A stretch of 64,000 bases of DNA from an uncultured Candidatus Saccharibacteria bacterium (GCA_964439975.1 CAYTPD010000003.1:764-64763), one strand, 5' to 3'; positions 35,480 to 45,125 are shown, counted from the first letter of the stretch. Translations and numbers: made by a program. Notes: generated by a model not told the origin, from the letters alone.

Positions 35480-35974
35480 CTATTTCTGTTTTTTCAGGCG
35501 AGCGCCTAGACTAGTTTTCTTGGTCCTTGAGGTAGGAGTTTTTGGCGTAGATTTCGCACGGCTATTCGAGCGACTAGCACTCCCCGCGTGACTAGCTCTG
35601 GCAGTACTACGCGCAGTTGATCCAGTTTCAGCCCGTCGGATTGCTTCGCGCACGGCTTTTTCTTCTGCTTCATGACGAGCCTCTTCGGCCTCCTTGGCTT
35701 CATCGCGCGCGGCGTCTTCTTCGGCATAGCGTCGCTCTTGGTTTTCCATAACACGGCTGGCAAAAGTCTTTACGATCCCGCCGACCGAAGTCATACCTTT
35801 GACATTGTCGACAATATCGTCGGCTTTAGCTGCGATGCCTTGGCCAGTGGCAACGATTTTACTCGCCTCGTCAGCTAGTTTAATCAGGCGAATAGTCAAG
35901 ACGATAGCAGTTACCAGGAAAATAAATAGGGTAACTGCCAAAATAACCACTAATATCCACTCTGCAATATTCAT
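35480..35974 (-). CDS. DUF948-like membrane-anchored protein with a charged coiled tail
   Basis: N-terminal TM WILVVILAVTLFIFLVTAIVLTI, followed by LIKLADEASKIV...DDIVDNVKGMT. GGAGG SD. Confidence 0.5.
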   Translation of the reverse strand: MNIAEWILVVILAVTLFIFLVTAIVLTIRLIKLADEASKIVATGQGIAAKADDIVDNVKGMTSVGGIVKTFASRVMENQERRYAEEDAARDEAKEAEEARHEAEEKAVREAIRRAETGSTARSTARASHAGSASRSNSRAKSTPKTPTSRTKKTSLGARLKKQK

Positions 35975-35998
35975 CTTACCTCCTATATTGCTTTAAGC

Positions 35999-36883
35999 TT
36001 AGTTCTGTTTTGCGTTGATAGCTTCGCGCACATCGTCGGCAAATTTTTCGTAGTCTAAAACGTATTTCAAGTGGGCGAGGAAATAGTTTTTCGGATCTCC
36101 AGTCGTCATCCATTCGCCACGGGTTTTTTCGACAAAGACATCACCGGTTTTGGCCATTTTGGTAATAGCATCGACGGTCCAAAGTTCATTATCGAGACCA
36201 GTGTTGCTAGGATTAAGGTATTCAAAAACTTCCGGCGTGAGTAGATAGCGACCATAGCTAGTCAAGTTTGACGGCGCATCCTCGATTTTGGGCTTTTCGA
36301 CAATATCGTGCAGAGTTTGCGTTTTTCCATCTTTCATCTTGATGACACCGTATTTGTCCAACACTTCGCGAGGCATTTCTTGAGCAATAATGATCGCTTT
36401 CGCTTCGGGGTGTTTTTCGTAACTATCGATCAAAGTTTTTACGTCAGAGCTACCAAACACTACATCGTCCGAGTAAACGACAATGAAGGCCTCGTCGTCA
36501 CGAATAAATTTATGCGCGGAAGCAATGGGCGAACCATTGCCGTAAGGATAAGATGGATCCTGTTCGATGACGGTGATTTTGGGAAAATCGAGGACCTTTT
36601 GAACTGAGGCATAGCGATCTTCTTTACCTTGCGAGGCGAGCTGTTTGCGAATACGGTTGACGGAATTATTAAAGTAATCTTCGTAGATCGGCTTCCCTTC
36701 TGCCGTAGCCACAATAATAATTTCCTTAATTCCAGCCTCGACACATTCTTCAACGATCAATTGCATAATAGGGCGATTGCCGAGAGGCAACATGGCTTTT
36801 GGGATAGTTTTTGTGATTGGTAAATAACGACTAGCGAATCCTGCATCGGTAATAATAGCTTTAGTCGGTTTACGATATTTCAT
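35999..36883 (-). CDS. galU: UTP--glucose-1-phosphate uridylyltransferase
   Basis: KAIITDAGFASRYLPITKTIPKAMLPL... and VEKPK motifs. Confidence 0.85.
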   Translation of the reverse strand: MKYRKPTKAIITDAGFASRYLPITKTIPKAMLPLGNRPIMQLIVEECVEAGIKEIIIVATAEGKPIYEDYFNNSVNRIRKQLASQGKEDRYASVQKVLDFPKITVIEQDPSYPYGNGSPIASAHKFIRDDEAFIVVYSDDVVFGSSDVKTLIDSYEKHPEAKAIIIAQEMPREVLDKYGVIKMKDGKTQTLHDIVEKPKIEDAPSNLTSYGRYLLTPEVFEYLNPSNTGLDNELWTVDAITKMAKTGDVFVEKTRGEWMTTGDPKNYFLAHLKYVLDYEKFADDVREAINAKQN

Positions 36884-36953
36884 AAATTCTCCTTTGGGAA
36901 CTGATTATAACACACTCTAACGATAAGCAATAGAGGGGCGTCTGGTTTTTCGT

Positions 36954-37559
36954 CTATTTCTTTGCTTTCGCGCTCTTTACCGTCGCTTTCTTAGAATGAG
37001 AAGCACGGTATTCAAGTTGTTGCGTGCGGTTATGAAAACCGTAATTCAGGCTCGAAACTCCCAAGATGAGCATATACGCACCGAAGAATCGGATGAAGTT
37101 CACGCCACCGAGATGTCCTGAGTTAAGGATGACAATTCCGAAAATCAAACCACAAATTCCACAAAGGACCCAAATAAACTGGTCGGTGGGATCAATCGTG
37201 GTCCGAAAACCGATTAAGATTTCAAAGAAACCACGGATGAGTGTGTAGCTGGCAAGAATAGTCATGCGCCAAACCGCGCCCTCTCCCCCTTTGCAGAGCA
37301 TTAAGACGCCAAACAGTACGTCAAAAAGTACCACGAGGACCGAAACTAGCCAACCTTGACGATGAAAACTGCGATGAATTAAATTAGCCATCTCGACCAC
37401 GCCCAGCGCGAGGAGCGAAATCCCAACCACCGCCGTCAAATCGCTTGACGATTGGTCACCGGTAAAGAGAGTAATGCAACCGAAGAACATTGCTACTAAT
37501 CCCTGGAACATAAAGACTAACCAATGACTATCAATATATTTACGCTTATCTTGCGCCAT
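36954..37559 (-). CDS. HdeD/DUF308-family membrane protein
   Basis: Six hydrophobic segments. WLVFMFQGLVAMFFGCITLF pattern. AGGAGG SD. Confidence 0.55.
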   Translation of the reverse strand: MAQDKRKYIDSHWLVFMFQGLVAMFFGCITLFTGDQSSSDLTAVVGISLLALGVVEMANLIHRSFHRQGWLVSVLVVLFDVLFGVLMLCKGGEGAVWRMTILASYTLIRGFFEILIGFRTTIDPTDQFIWVLCGICGLIFGIVILNSGHLGGVNFIRFFGAYMLILGVSSLNYGFHNRTQQLEYRASHSKKATVKSAKAKK

Positions 37560-37634
37560 GTTTTCCTCCTAATGTTTATTCCATTATAGCATATTGAATG
37601 TTAAAAACTAAATTTATGTAGAGATTTCGGTCCG

Positions 37635-38666
37635 CTAGACATGGCGAATTTTGCGTCGGATAGTTTCGATGATCCAATCGAAAGCATAGCCGAGCGGATT
37701 GATCACTAGATCATGGGCTGGGGTATAGCGTAGTTCGGTTACACCAAAACCCCGCTTAAAGCAGGATACGCCATAGAAACGATGTTTGGTTTCATTTTCC
37801 TCGACAATTCCCCAAAAATTATAGCGTTTAATCCCGCGTCGACGTGCATCACGCATCGCTTCGACGTGCAAGAGTGGCGCGCCGGAGAGTTTAGTTCCGA
37901 GCTCAGAGCTAACACCATAATGATAGGAGGCTTCGTTGCCGTAAAAAATCATAAAGTTCTGAGCTAGAATTTCACCATTATATTTGGCCGTATAGAGGAC
38001 CGCTTCATTATGTTTGGCGAAGGCGCTAAACTGTTTGGTCAGAAAATCTTCCGAGAAGGCTACGAATTTGTGCCTCCCTGCGGTTTGCAACTCAATTTGG
38101 TAAAATTCGTGAATATCGTCTGGATTAGTCGATTTTTCAATTTCAATACCATTTTTTGCTCCTTTCCGTAAAGCGCGTCGCAGACGTTGACGCATACCTT
38201 TCAAGATTTCGTCCTCAGATTTTTCCAAATCAAGTATCCCAGCAAATTCGGTCGAGAGATACATGGGAGCTTTATGGAGATGAAGCTTTTTATCCGCTTT
38301 CAATTTCGCCATAAGTGGTAAGCCACGCTCACGTTCAAGTTGCGGACGCACGCGGACAAATGCGCAATGATGTTTCTTTCCTTCGGTCGACAAATCTTGA
38401 AAAATTGACTTTACTAATTCTTCGTTCGTCCAATCGAGGATTGGACCACCGGCGACTGCTAAATAACGTCCACGTTTAGCATTTTCGACCACTCCAGCAT
38501 AAGCTGCAATAATTTGTTCACCCTGACGAACGATTCGCCGAACGATTTGATTGCCACGACTTCGATAAAATTCATAAAAATCCCAAGATTGCAAGAAATT
38601 TGCTTCGGGGTGACTAGTCACGAAAGTATCCCATGCTTTACGATCGGTTGCGTCGATGATCTCCAT
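37635..38666 (-). CDS. FemAB-family peptidoglycan cross-bridge aminoacyltransferase (paralog 1)
   Basis: ANFLQSWDFYEF... and RYNFWGI family pattern. The ORF track start is 38714; ATG 38666 is preferred because GGAG lies 4 nt upstream. Confidence 0.75.
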   Translation of the reverse strand: MEIIDATDRKAWDTFVTSHPEANFLQSWDFYEFYRSRGNQIVRRIVRQGEQIIAAYAGVVENAKRGRYLAVAGGPILDWTNEELVKSIFQDLSTEGKKHHCAFVRVRPQLERERGLPLMAKLKADKKLHLHKAPMYLSTEFAGILDLEKSEDEILKGMRQRLRRALRKGAKNGIEIEKSTNPDDIHEFYQIELQTAGRHKFVAFSEDFLTKQFSAFAKHNEAVLYTAKYNGEILAQNFMIFYGNEASYHYGVSSELGTKLSGAPLLHVEAMRDARRRGIKRYNFWGIVEENETKHRFYGVSCFKRGFGVTELRYTPAHDLVINPLGYAFDWIIETIRRKIRHV

Positions 38667-38720
38667 AGTGCTCCTTTTTTGGTTTTTAACCTTGTTTGAC
38701 AAGATTTTAAGCATAATCTA

Positions 38721-38749
38721 TTGACTTTTTAAGCTGAGTGTGCTATAAT
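38721..38749 (+). promoter_or_regulatory. consensus promoter on the plus strand between two minus-strand genes (antisense orientation)
   Basis: TTGACT 38721-38726, N17 ending TGTGC, TATAAT 38744-38749. Confidence 0.45.
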
Positions 38750-38771
38750 TAGAGGATAGACTAGGCTCAAG

Positions 38772-39806
38772 CTATAAATTACGGGTTTTACGCCGAATTG
38801 TCTCAACTGCCCAATCTTTTAGATAGCCAGCTCTATTAATAATTATATCTTGTGCGGGGACAAATTCAACTATTTCGCCACCAAAACCAGTTTTAAAAGT
38901 CGTGACGCCGGAATAGCGATGATTAACGGCGCCTTGGGGAGCGATACCCCAGAGATTATAGCGTTTAAGGTTGAGCGATTTTAAATCCTGCATGACTTGC
39001 CACTGCAAAGCATAAGCGCCGGGCATTTTGCGATTTAGGTCAGTCGAGGCCGCTTCAAAATATTCGGCTTCCAGACCGGACCAGAAAATTAAACCATAAG
39101 CAATCGGCTGGCCGTCGGTAGTTCGCGCGGTATAGAGACGGATTTGATCGCCAAAAGCTTCGCGCTCGGCCAGCAAGGTGTCGAGATCGGGCGGGACAAA
39201 ACCTTGACGTTTGGCAGTTGCGACTTGAGCATCATGAAATTCAGAGAATCTCTCGAGGTCGTCCGACCATTCAACCGTAATTGCTTGTTTTTTGCTTCGT
39301 CGCACCTCATAACGAGTCTGACGACGCATATCGGCTAGCAGTTCGTCCTCGGTTTTGGTCAAATCGATCATTACGGTATGCTCGGCGTGGAGGTGCATAG
39401 GAGCTTTTTTGCAACCCAGATTAGCTAATAAATCTAGGTGCGCGTGAGTGGCAAAAAGTTGTGGCCGTAGACGGATAAAGACACATTTTTCCTGTCGCGC
39501 GACTTTGCGAATGGTCACAAAAGCTTCTTCGACTAAGGCTTTATTTTGCCAATCGAGCAAAGGTCCGCCTGGAACCTCGAGATAACGCCCACGCTTGGCA
39601 TTTTTGACAATCATCAGACACCAACCGCGGTCGCCAAAGTCGTTAAAACAGATTTTGTGGCCAATGGCGCGATTAGTTTCGGCCCAGGCGGGAGATTGAA
39701 GGAAATTAGCCTCTGGATAAGCCTCGACGATCGTCGACCATTTTTCGGTCGAAATGTCGGTCGGAAGCTCCGCACTGGAATTAGTCGCTGGATTAGTCTT
39801 CATCAT
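38772..39806 (-). CDS. FemAB-family peptidoglycan cross-bridge aminoacyltransferase (paralog 2)
   Basis: ANFLQSPAWAE... and RYNLWGI. Start moved to ATG 39806/39803 (MMKTNP), overlapping the stop of the upstream gene. Confidence 0.75.
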   Translation of the reverse strand: MMKTNPATNSSAELPTDISTEKWSTIVEAYPEANFLQSPAWAETNRAIGHKICFNDFGDRGWCLMIVKNAKRGRYLEVPGGPLLDWQNKALVEEAFVTIRKVARQEKCVFIRLRPQLFATHAHLDLLANLGCKKAPMHLHAEHTVMIDLTKTEDELLADMRRQTRYEVRRSKKQAITVEWSDDLERFSEFHDAQVATAKRQGFVPPDLDTLLAEREAFGDQIRLYTARTTDGQPIAYGLIFWSGLEAEYFEAASTDLNRKMPGAYALQWQVMQDLKSLNLKRYNLWGIAPQGAVNHRYSGVTTFKTGFGGEIVEFVPAQDIIINRAGYLKDWAVETIRRKTRNL

Positions 39807-40932
39807 CGCGTTTTGCTTCCTTAAGCTCATACCAATTAACAATCTCTCGTGCGCGGACAACTTTTTCGGCGCTATACCAAGTCGGCAAATTCACAATTGT
39901 TTTTGCAACCTTGACGGTATTGGGGCAGTCTTTGGTCGGAAAAGCGACCTCTTTTTTGTATCGCGCTGGCGAAACTGGCGTATCGTACCAAATTTCGTCC
40001 AGTTTAAAGCCCGCGTGCAAGAGTTCCTCGAGAACTTTTTCGCGTTGGCCGACGAAATATGGTTCGCGCAGGGGGGTAGTCGGAAGTTTTTCGAGTTGCT
40101 CAAGAGCCAGCTTAGCTTGCCAATCCGTCAGACGGACGTCGAGATTCAACTCGGCGTCGGCAGAACGCTGGATAAAATGAAGCTTTAGAAGCGCGCCAGC
40201 AACGAATTTCCCGATCGAGAGGTCGTAGCCTAGCCGCATAAGGGCGCCGAAGATAGGATAAAATCGATCGCGTCGCTGGTCAGACTTTGGCGTCGGCAGA
40301 GCTGGTTGATTGACCATAGGGTATTTTGGCTCGCGCAATACTAGTGCGCCACCGGAGATCGTGTCAATGGCTTTGCCTTTACCAAAGGATAACGCGCAAG
40401 CCACGCCAACCGTCCCAACTTCGCGTCCGTCGGGATAAAAACGGCCGGCGCAATGCGCTAGATCTTCAATAATACGAATCTTGTATTTCTTAGTCAGTTT
40501 TTCAACTTCCGCGATATCAATGGTTAGTCCTAAGGTATTTTGCACAATAATCGCGCTGACATTATCGGTAGTTGCTAAAGTCTGAGCAAGCTTGTCTAGG
40601 TCATATTGTAGTCGATAATCTGACCCGATATCGACAAAGACTGGCTCGCAACCGGCAGCCTTCACTGCTCGCACTACAGCAATACAAGTCAGTCCCTGAA
40701 TGATTACTCGACTTCCTTTTGGTACTGTCGCAATCAGAGCCGCCGTAAGAGCCGAACGCCCAGTATGATACAACGCGATGCGCGAGATCAGATCGCCGTC
40801 GTTTGATTCGACATGATAGCGGTTTGCTAGAGCAATGCGCAGTTGTTGGCTATACTTCGGCTTCCCACGGGTAAAAAGGTGTTTCAACGCATGAGGAAAA
40901 GTATAATTTGAAGCCTGTCCAAGAAAAATCAT
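39793..40932 (-). CDS. DegT/DnrJ/EryC1/StrS-family PLP-dependent aminotransferase
   Basis: LSFGKGKAIDTISGGALV lysine motif. DLAHCAG, IIQGLTC. Confidence 0.7.
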   Translation of the reverse strand: MIFLGQASNYTFPHALKHLFTRGKPKYSQQLRIALANRYHVESNDGDLISRIALYHTGRSALTAALIATVPKGSRVIIQGLTCIAVVRAVKAAGCEPVFVDIGSDYRLQYDLDKLAQTLATTDNVSAIIVQNTLGLTIDIAEVEKLTKKYKIRIIEDLAHCAGRFYPDGREVGTVGVACALSFGKGKAIDTISGGALVLREPKYPMVNQPALPTPKSDQRRDRFYPIFGALMRLGYDLSIGKFVAGALLKLHFIQRSADAELNLDVRLTDWQAKLALEQLEKLPTTPLREPYFVGQREKVLEELLHAGFKLDEIWYDTPVSPARYKKEVAFPTKDCPNTVKVAKTIVNLPTWYSAEKVVRAREIVNWYELKEAKRDDED

Positions 40933-42092
40933 TTTTTCTTCCCCTTTACCTTGCGTTTGAGTTGGTTAATTTTGCTGACTTTCGGGACTGTGGCGGAGCT
41001 AATGGGTACAAAATCAATTGGTTTTTCCAGATCTTCAGACATCTCTGCTAGAAGGCCAGTGCTGTTGGATTTTGAAGGGTTTTTTGCATTACCGGACTGC
41101 GAGACGACTTTTTTGAGGACCTGGGAGGCGGATTTAGCCTGCACATTCGTTACGGGGCGCGGTTTTTGCTCAAGATTTTTATTGTATCTTACAGCCGCAC
41201 CTTCGGCGTCACTCACAACCATGCCCTTAGTGATTTGCTCGCCTTTTTTAAACACTAACTTTGTCGGCACATCCGCGACCACTTTACTACCAGATTTTTT
41301 TGACTTAAGTTCGGGTCCGCTAGCCTTTTTGAGCGCCAGAGAAGCGGATTTTTTGACCATTTCGTTAGGATCAGCAGGAATGACTGGGGGATTTTTATAA
41401 GCTTTGGCAATCGCCTTGGCAAGCTCGAGAGGATGAGAGATGTATGGCGCATGAGTCCAGTCTGGGTAAATCGACATAACGTTGTGCGGAATTACCCGAT
41501 GCATGACTTCGGCTTGACGCGGAGGAGTAATAGTGTCATTAGCACCCCAAAGGATAGAAGTCGGGACAGCAATCCGAGTCAAGTCAAGATCCTTGTCGGA
41601 GTCGAGCATATTCGCAAGGGTCTTTTTCATGTTTTCCGGCGCTCGCGCATAATCTGTCGCCCCAGTCAGCTTATGCCAAACCTTAGTCAAACCGGGAATC
41701 TTCTTCAAAAATCCCAGCTTCTTTGACAAACCCCGAGCTAGATCGCGTTTCGAATCATTTTCATAAACGCCAGCGCTGTCAAGAAGGATAAGATGTTGAA
41801 GTTTATGAGGCTTCGCGCTGCAGAGGTTCAATAGAATCCGTCCGCCATTGCTATGACCGAGCGCAACCGCCCCCTTCGGAATCTTACGATCCGCCCAGCG
41901 CACATAATCGTCAATTGTCCAAACTTTCTTGGAATTCGAAGTTAAACCAGGCACGTGGAGCATTTCAACTTCAAAGCCTTGTTGTTCTAGCGAAGCAATG
42001 GTTTTGGTCCAAGGGGCAGTTGTATAAGTCCAGCCGTGTATAATATATAGCTTATCTGCTTTTTTGGCCTGGGTTTTCGTAGCGCGAGACAT
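40929..42092 (-). CDS. alpha/beta hydrolase with a long K/S-rich C-terminal tail
   Basis: LYIIHGW, ALGHSNGG nucleophile elbow, WGANDTITP. Confidence 0.65.
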   Translation of the reverse strand: MSRATKTQAKKADKLYIIHGWTYTTAPWTKTIASLEQQGFEVEMLHVPGLTSNSKKVWTIDDYVRWADRKIPKGAVALGHSNGGRILLNLCSAKPHKLQHLILLDSAGVYENDSKRDLARGLSKKLGFLKKIPGLTKVWHKLTGATDYARAPENMKKTLANMLDSDKDLDLTRIAVPTSILWGANDTITPPRQAEVMHRVIPHNVMSIYPDWTHAPYISHPLELAKAIAKAYKNPPVIPADPNEMVKKSASLALKKASGPELKSKKSGSKVVADVPTKLVFKKGEQITKGMVVSDAEGAAVRYNKNLEQKPRPVTNVQAKSASQVLKKVVSQSGNAKNPSKSNSTGLLAEMSEDLEKPIDFVPISSATVPKVSKINQLKRKVKGKKK

Positions 42093-43363
42093 TATTTAAG
42101 CCCCCATTTTTCGCGTCGTTTGACGGCGGCTTTTTCGCGTCGAGGCAGTTTTTCGGCATCTTTGGGGTCAGCCAACAGTTGCTCAATAATCCACTCGAGA
42201 TATTGGCTCCCCTTAAAGATAATCGTCTCTTCACCTGAGGTATGTTGCTGAATAAACTCTAGGGCTTTATGCGGATCGAGCGTAGTACGAACGGTTATAC
42301 CAAGCTCTTTGAGCCGAGGTGCGGTGTATTTTTTTGTTCGCCGACCTACTAAAATAACCATTTCAGGCTCAACCGTAGCAATCAATTCCGCCAACTTTTC
42401 GTGCTCGGCTTGTTCGGTCGAACCTTGCTCAACGATGTCGCCGATGACCAGCCATTTATGTCCGGCATGCATACTTTTAGCCATATCCAGAATACTCGCC
42501 ATACTAATCATATGAGCGTTATAACTACTATCAATCAGTTTTAAGCCACGTTGCCCTGCAAAATAAGAACTCCGCCCGGCGGGCATTTTTAGATTAGCGA
42601 AATCAGTCTTAAGAGAGAGATCGAGAGACTTGGCGGCTTCGAGAAGCATAGCAAGTTGTATGGCTAGGTCACGCGGTTGGGGTTGAGCAAAGTGAAAAGC
42701 GATCGATTCGAAGACGAAATCGGTACGCGTTGGATAGACGTCGTAGCGTTTGAGTTGTTTCTTACTAACTTTAACCACTTCCGCGGAAATATCGCGCGTG
42801 GCCTCGACCATGAGCGGATTATCACCGTCGATATAGACTCGTTTGGTTGTGTTTTCTGGCAAAGTAGCAAATTCGTGCGCAATTGCTAGGTCTAAACTTG
42901 GATACTTCCCTTCGGCTACCTCACGCTCAAACTGAATCGCGTGTGAACGCCCCAAAGATACCCAAAAGGTTACCTCTGGCCGAAGCCACGAAGCCAAAAA
43001 TTCGGTTTCATGCGGCCGTTCACCATCAATCTCTACGACGTAAAATTCACCACGGCGGGCGTAATACAGAGCCCGAAACGGAGCCATAAAGATCAGCTTC
43101 AACCAGCGCCACTTCGAGCCACGTACTCCTTCTAGGCCCAAAAGGTCGAAGGCGACGCCAAAAGCTGAATTGGCATTATGAGAATAATGAGCGCGATCGC
43201 CTAGTTCGAACTCTAAAAGATGAAGCATGGTCGTCTTGCCGGCTGACCCGGTGATCGTGATAATGCGCGGGTGCCAGCGACGGAGGGCGAAATTTGCGAA
43301 AAAGCGGAAATATCCAGCCGCCACAAAATAAAAACGTTTTTTTAGTCGCGCTACCACAGTCAT
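42092..43363 (-). CDS. Mur ligase family protein (MurF-like)
   Basis: ITITGSAGKTTMLHLLE P-loop and VVEIDGERPHETEF. ATG 43363 lies 6 nt after TGCTATAAT. Confidence 0.7.
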   Translation of the reverse strand: MTVVARLKKRFYFVAAGYFRFFANFALRRWHPRIITITGSAGKTTMLHLLEFELGDRAHYSHNANSAFGVAFDLLGLEGVRGSKWRWLKLIFMAPFRALYYARRGEFYVVEIDGERPHETEFLASWLRPEVTFWVSLGRSHAIQFEREVAEGKYPSLDLAIAHEFATLPENTTKRVYIDGDNPLMVEATRDISAEVVKVSKKQLKRYDVYPTRTDFVFESIAFHFAQPQPRDLAIQLAMLLEAAKSLDLSLKTDFANLKMPAGRSSYFAGQRGLKLIDSSYNAHMISMASILDMAKSMHAGHKWLVIGDIVEQGSTEQAEHEKLAELIATVEPEMVILVGRRTKKYTAPRLKELGITVRTTLDPHKALEFIQQHTSGEETIIFKGSQYLEWIIEQLLADPKDAEKLPRREKAAVKRREKWGLK

Positions 43364-43400
43364 AAGGTCATTATAGCAAAAACTGAGCCAAAAATATACT

Positions 43401-43428
43401 ACAAAAACCACCCCGTCTAGTGGGGTGG
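43401..43428 (-). terminator. intrinsic terminator after rpsJ
   Basis: CCACCCC-GTCTAGT-GGGGTGG. On the minus strand it is followed by TTTTTGT. Confidence 0.7.
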
Positions 43429-43452
43429 TCTGGATAAATATGAATCGATCGA

Positions 43453-43785
43453 TTAGCCTTGCATTTTGATCTCAGCATCGACGCCAGCTGGCAAAGCAAG
43501 ATTCTGAAGCGAATCAATGGTCTTTGGGGTAGCGTTAGAAATGTCGATCAAACGCTTGTGGACTTTCATTTCGAAAGCTTCACCACCGGTTTTGTAGACG
43601 TGTGGCGACTTCACGACTGTAAAAGTGCTACGCTTAGTCGGCAACGGGACTGGTCCGGAAACCGTCGCTCCAGTGCGAATCGCGGTGTCGACAATTTGTT
43701 TTGCACTTTGGTCAATAATGCGATGGTCATACGCTTTGAGGCGGATGCGAATTTTAAGACCTTCATTTTTCTTGGCTTCAGCCAT
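43453..43785 (-). CDS. rpsJ: 30S ribosomal protein S10
   Basis: [37 protein letters not shown]...HKRLIDI. Confidence 0.95.
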   Translation of the reverse strand: MAEAKKNEGLKIRIRLKAYDHRIIDQSAKQIVDTAIRTGATVSGPVPLPTKRSTFTVVKSPHVYKTGGEAFEMKVHKRLIDISNATPKTIDSLQNLALPAGVDAEIKMQG

Positions 43786-43971
43786 GTTTTCCTTTCTTCG
43801 CCCTATAATCTCAGATGACCTCTAGACGGGACGTCGATGAGTTTTTAGGGCAATGTTTAATACCTTATATCTTCATTGTATCATACTCAAGCTGAAAAGT
43901 CAATAGTTTTTTTGACCAATTGACCTGCCAGAATTGCCTATTGCTGTTTCCATTGCTGATTTAGCGTAGAG

Positions 43972-44000
43972 AAAAAAACAACCCCGCCGAAGCAGGGTTG
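43972..44000 (-). terminator. intrinsic terminator after the 44051..44416 gene
   Basis: CAACCC(C)GC-CGAA-GC(A)GGGTTG. On the minus strand it is followed by T7. Confidence 0.65.
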
Positions 44001-44050
44001 ATTGTATAATGCGAGTAAGCTTGGAAATCGGTGTCCAAACCTCTAAAGAA

Positions 44051-44416
44051 CTAAAGGATCATGACGCCTAATTCATAGCGCAGACTAGCGAGGCTGGCAT
44101 ATTCTGCCTCAGGATTATATGCGTGTTTTGAAAGATAATCCTGCTCCTCTGCAATGCGGCGCTTAATGAAGCGTTCGATCGGGCTAAGAAAATTGTCTGG
44201 TAGGCTTGACTGCTTCAGGCAGTCGAGCAGAGCCCCGCCAACTTCCATGAAATCATCGTTTTCGTCAAAAACTTTTTCGATCTTGTCGAAGAGCGGGTAA
44301 GAATCTTGAGCTTCTCTAAGACCTTCCCTTTGGTCAGCTTGAACGTGTTGCGCGCGACCTTTCTCTCTTCTTGTGTTTGCCCAGGCTTTCCCGGACTTGG
44401 CGTGTTGTTTTGACAT
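44051..44416 (-). CDS. hypothetical protein (121 aa)
   Basis: ORF track 44051..44425. ATG 44416 lies after a GAGGAGG SD. Own TTGACA-N17-TACTAT promoter. Confidence 0.55.
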   Translation of the reverse strand: MSKQHAKSGKAWANTRREKGRAQHVQADQREGLREAQDSYPLFDKIEKVFDENDDFMEVGGALLDCLKQSSLPDNFLSPIERFIKRRIAEEQDYLSKHAYNPEAEYASLASLRYELGVMIL

Positions 44417-44590
44417 AAAACACACCTCCTCTCTTAAAGTACTCTAACTCTGTAGCTAAAGTCTGTCTCTATAGTATCATTCATGGGGTATTTTGTCAAT
44501 AGCAAAATACCTTCCTGCTCTATGAAGTCCAAAAAGGCATTGTTTTAATCGTCAAAATATTGAATTTGGCAGAGTTTAGAAGATATAAGC

Positions 44591-44619
44591 TTGACTTTTT
44601 TGACAATGTGTGCTACAAT
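44591..44619 (+). promoter_or_regulatory. consensus promoter of the 44.6-45.0 kb transcription unit
   Basis: TTGACT 44591-44596, N17 ending TGTGC, TACAAT 44614-44619. Confidence 0.6.
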
Positions 44620-44625
44620 AGAGGT

Positions 44626-44700
44626 ATGCCCTTGTGTTTTCCAAACAGGGGTAGCACGGTTTCAACCGTTGAAATTTTGGTAGCTCACACCAAAAGTTGA
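44626..44700 (+). CDS. possible leaderless 24-codon upstream ORF
   Basis: ATG lies exactly 6 nt after the -10. MPLCFPNRGSTVSTVEILVAHTKS, with stop TGA 44698-44700 abutting the SD of the main ORF. Confidence 0.3.
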   Translation: MPLCFPNRGSTVSTVEILVAHTKS

Positions 44701-44716
44701 GCAGAGGAGGTACATT

Positions 44717-45043
44717 ATGAATGAATTAAAAGACCAGGATTGCGATGAGATGAGAGTCGCTTACGCATCAATAGCCGCCGATAACCATGCTGTCAACTCA
44801 ATGTTGAGATGGTGCTGTTCGACGGAATACATGCGGATGGGTCGTAGCTTACATGCGCTGGGTGGCGAATTAACCATCGTTGGGTCTGACGTTAATGTTT
44901 ATATGCCGATTGGCAAACTAGTAGCGACCTACGAATTGATCTCTTCCAGTGATTTGCTGAACTGTCGGGCTTTAGTACAGAGCTTCGACGACGAACATAG
45001 CAAAAAGTCTACTTCGGCGACTTCGGAGTATTACGGGCTGTGA
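44717..45043 (+). CDS. hypothetical protein (108 aa)
   Basis: AGAGGAGG SD 7 nt upstream. Terminator downstream. Confidence 0.6.
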   Translation: MNELKDQDCDEMRVAYASIAADNHAVNSMLRWCCSTEYMRMGRSLHALGGELTIVGSDVNVYMPIGKLVATYELISSSDLLNCRALVQSFDDEHSKKSTSATSEYYGL

Positions 45044-45076
45044 TCCAGACGGGAAGGCAAAATGTTTGCTGGTCAT

Positions 45077-45105
45077 AAAAAGTCCCCTAGAAAGGGGACT
45101 TTTTT
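45077..45105. terminator. bidirectional terminator between the 44717 ORF and tuf
   Basis: AAAAAGTCCCC-TAGAAA-GGGGACTTTTT. Confidence 0.75.
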
Positions 45106-45125
45106 AACGTCTATTTGGAGACTGG

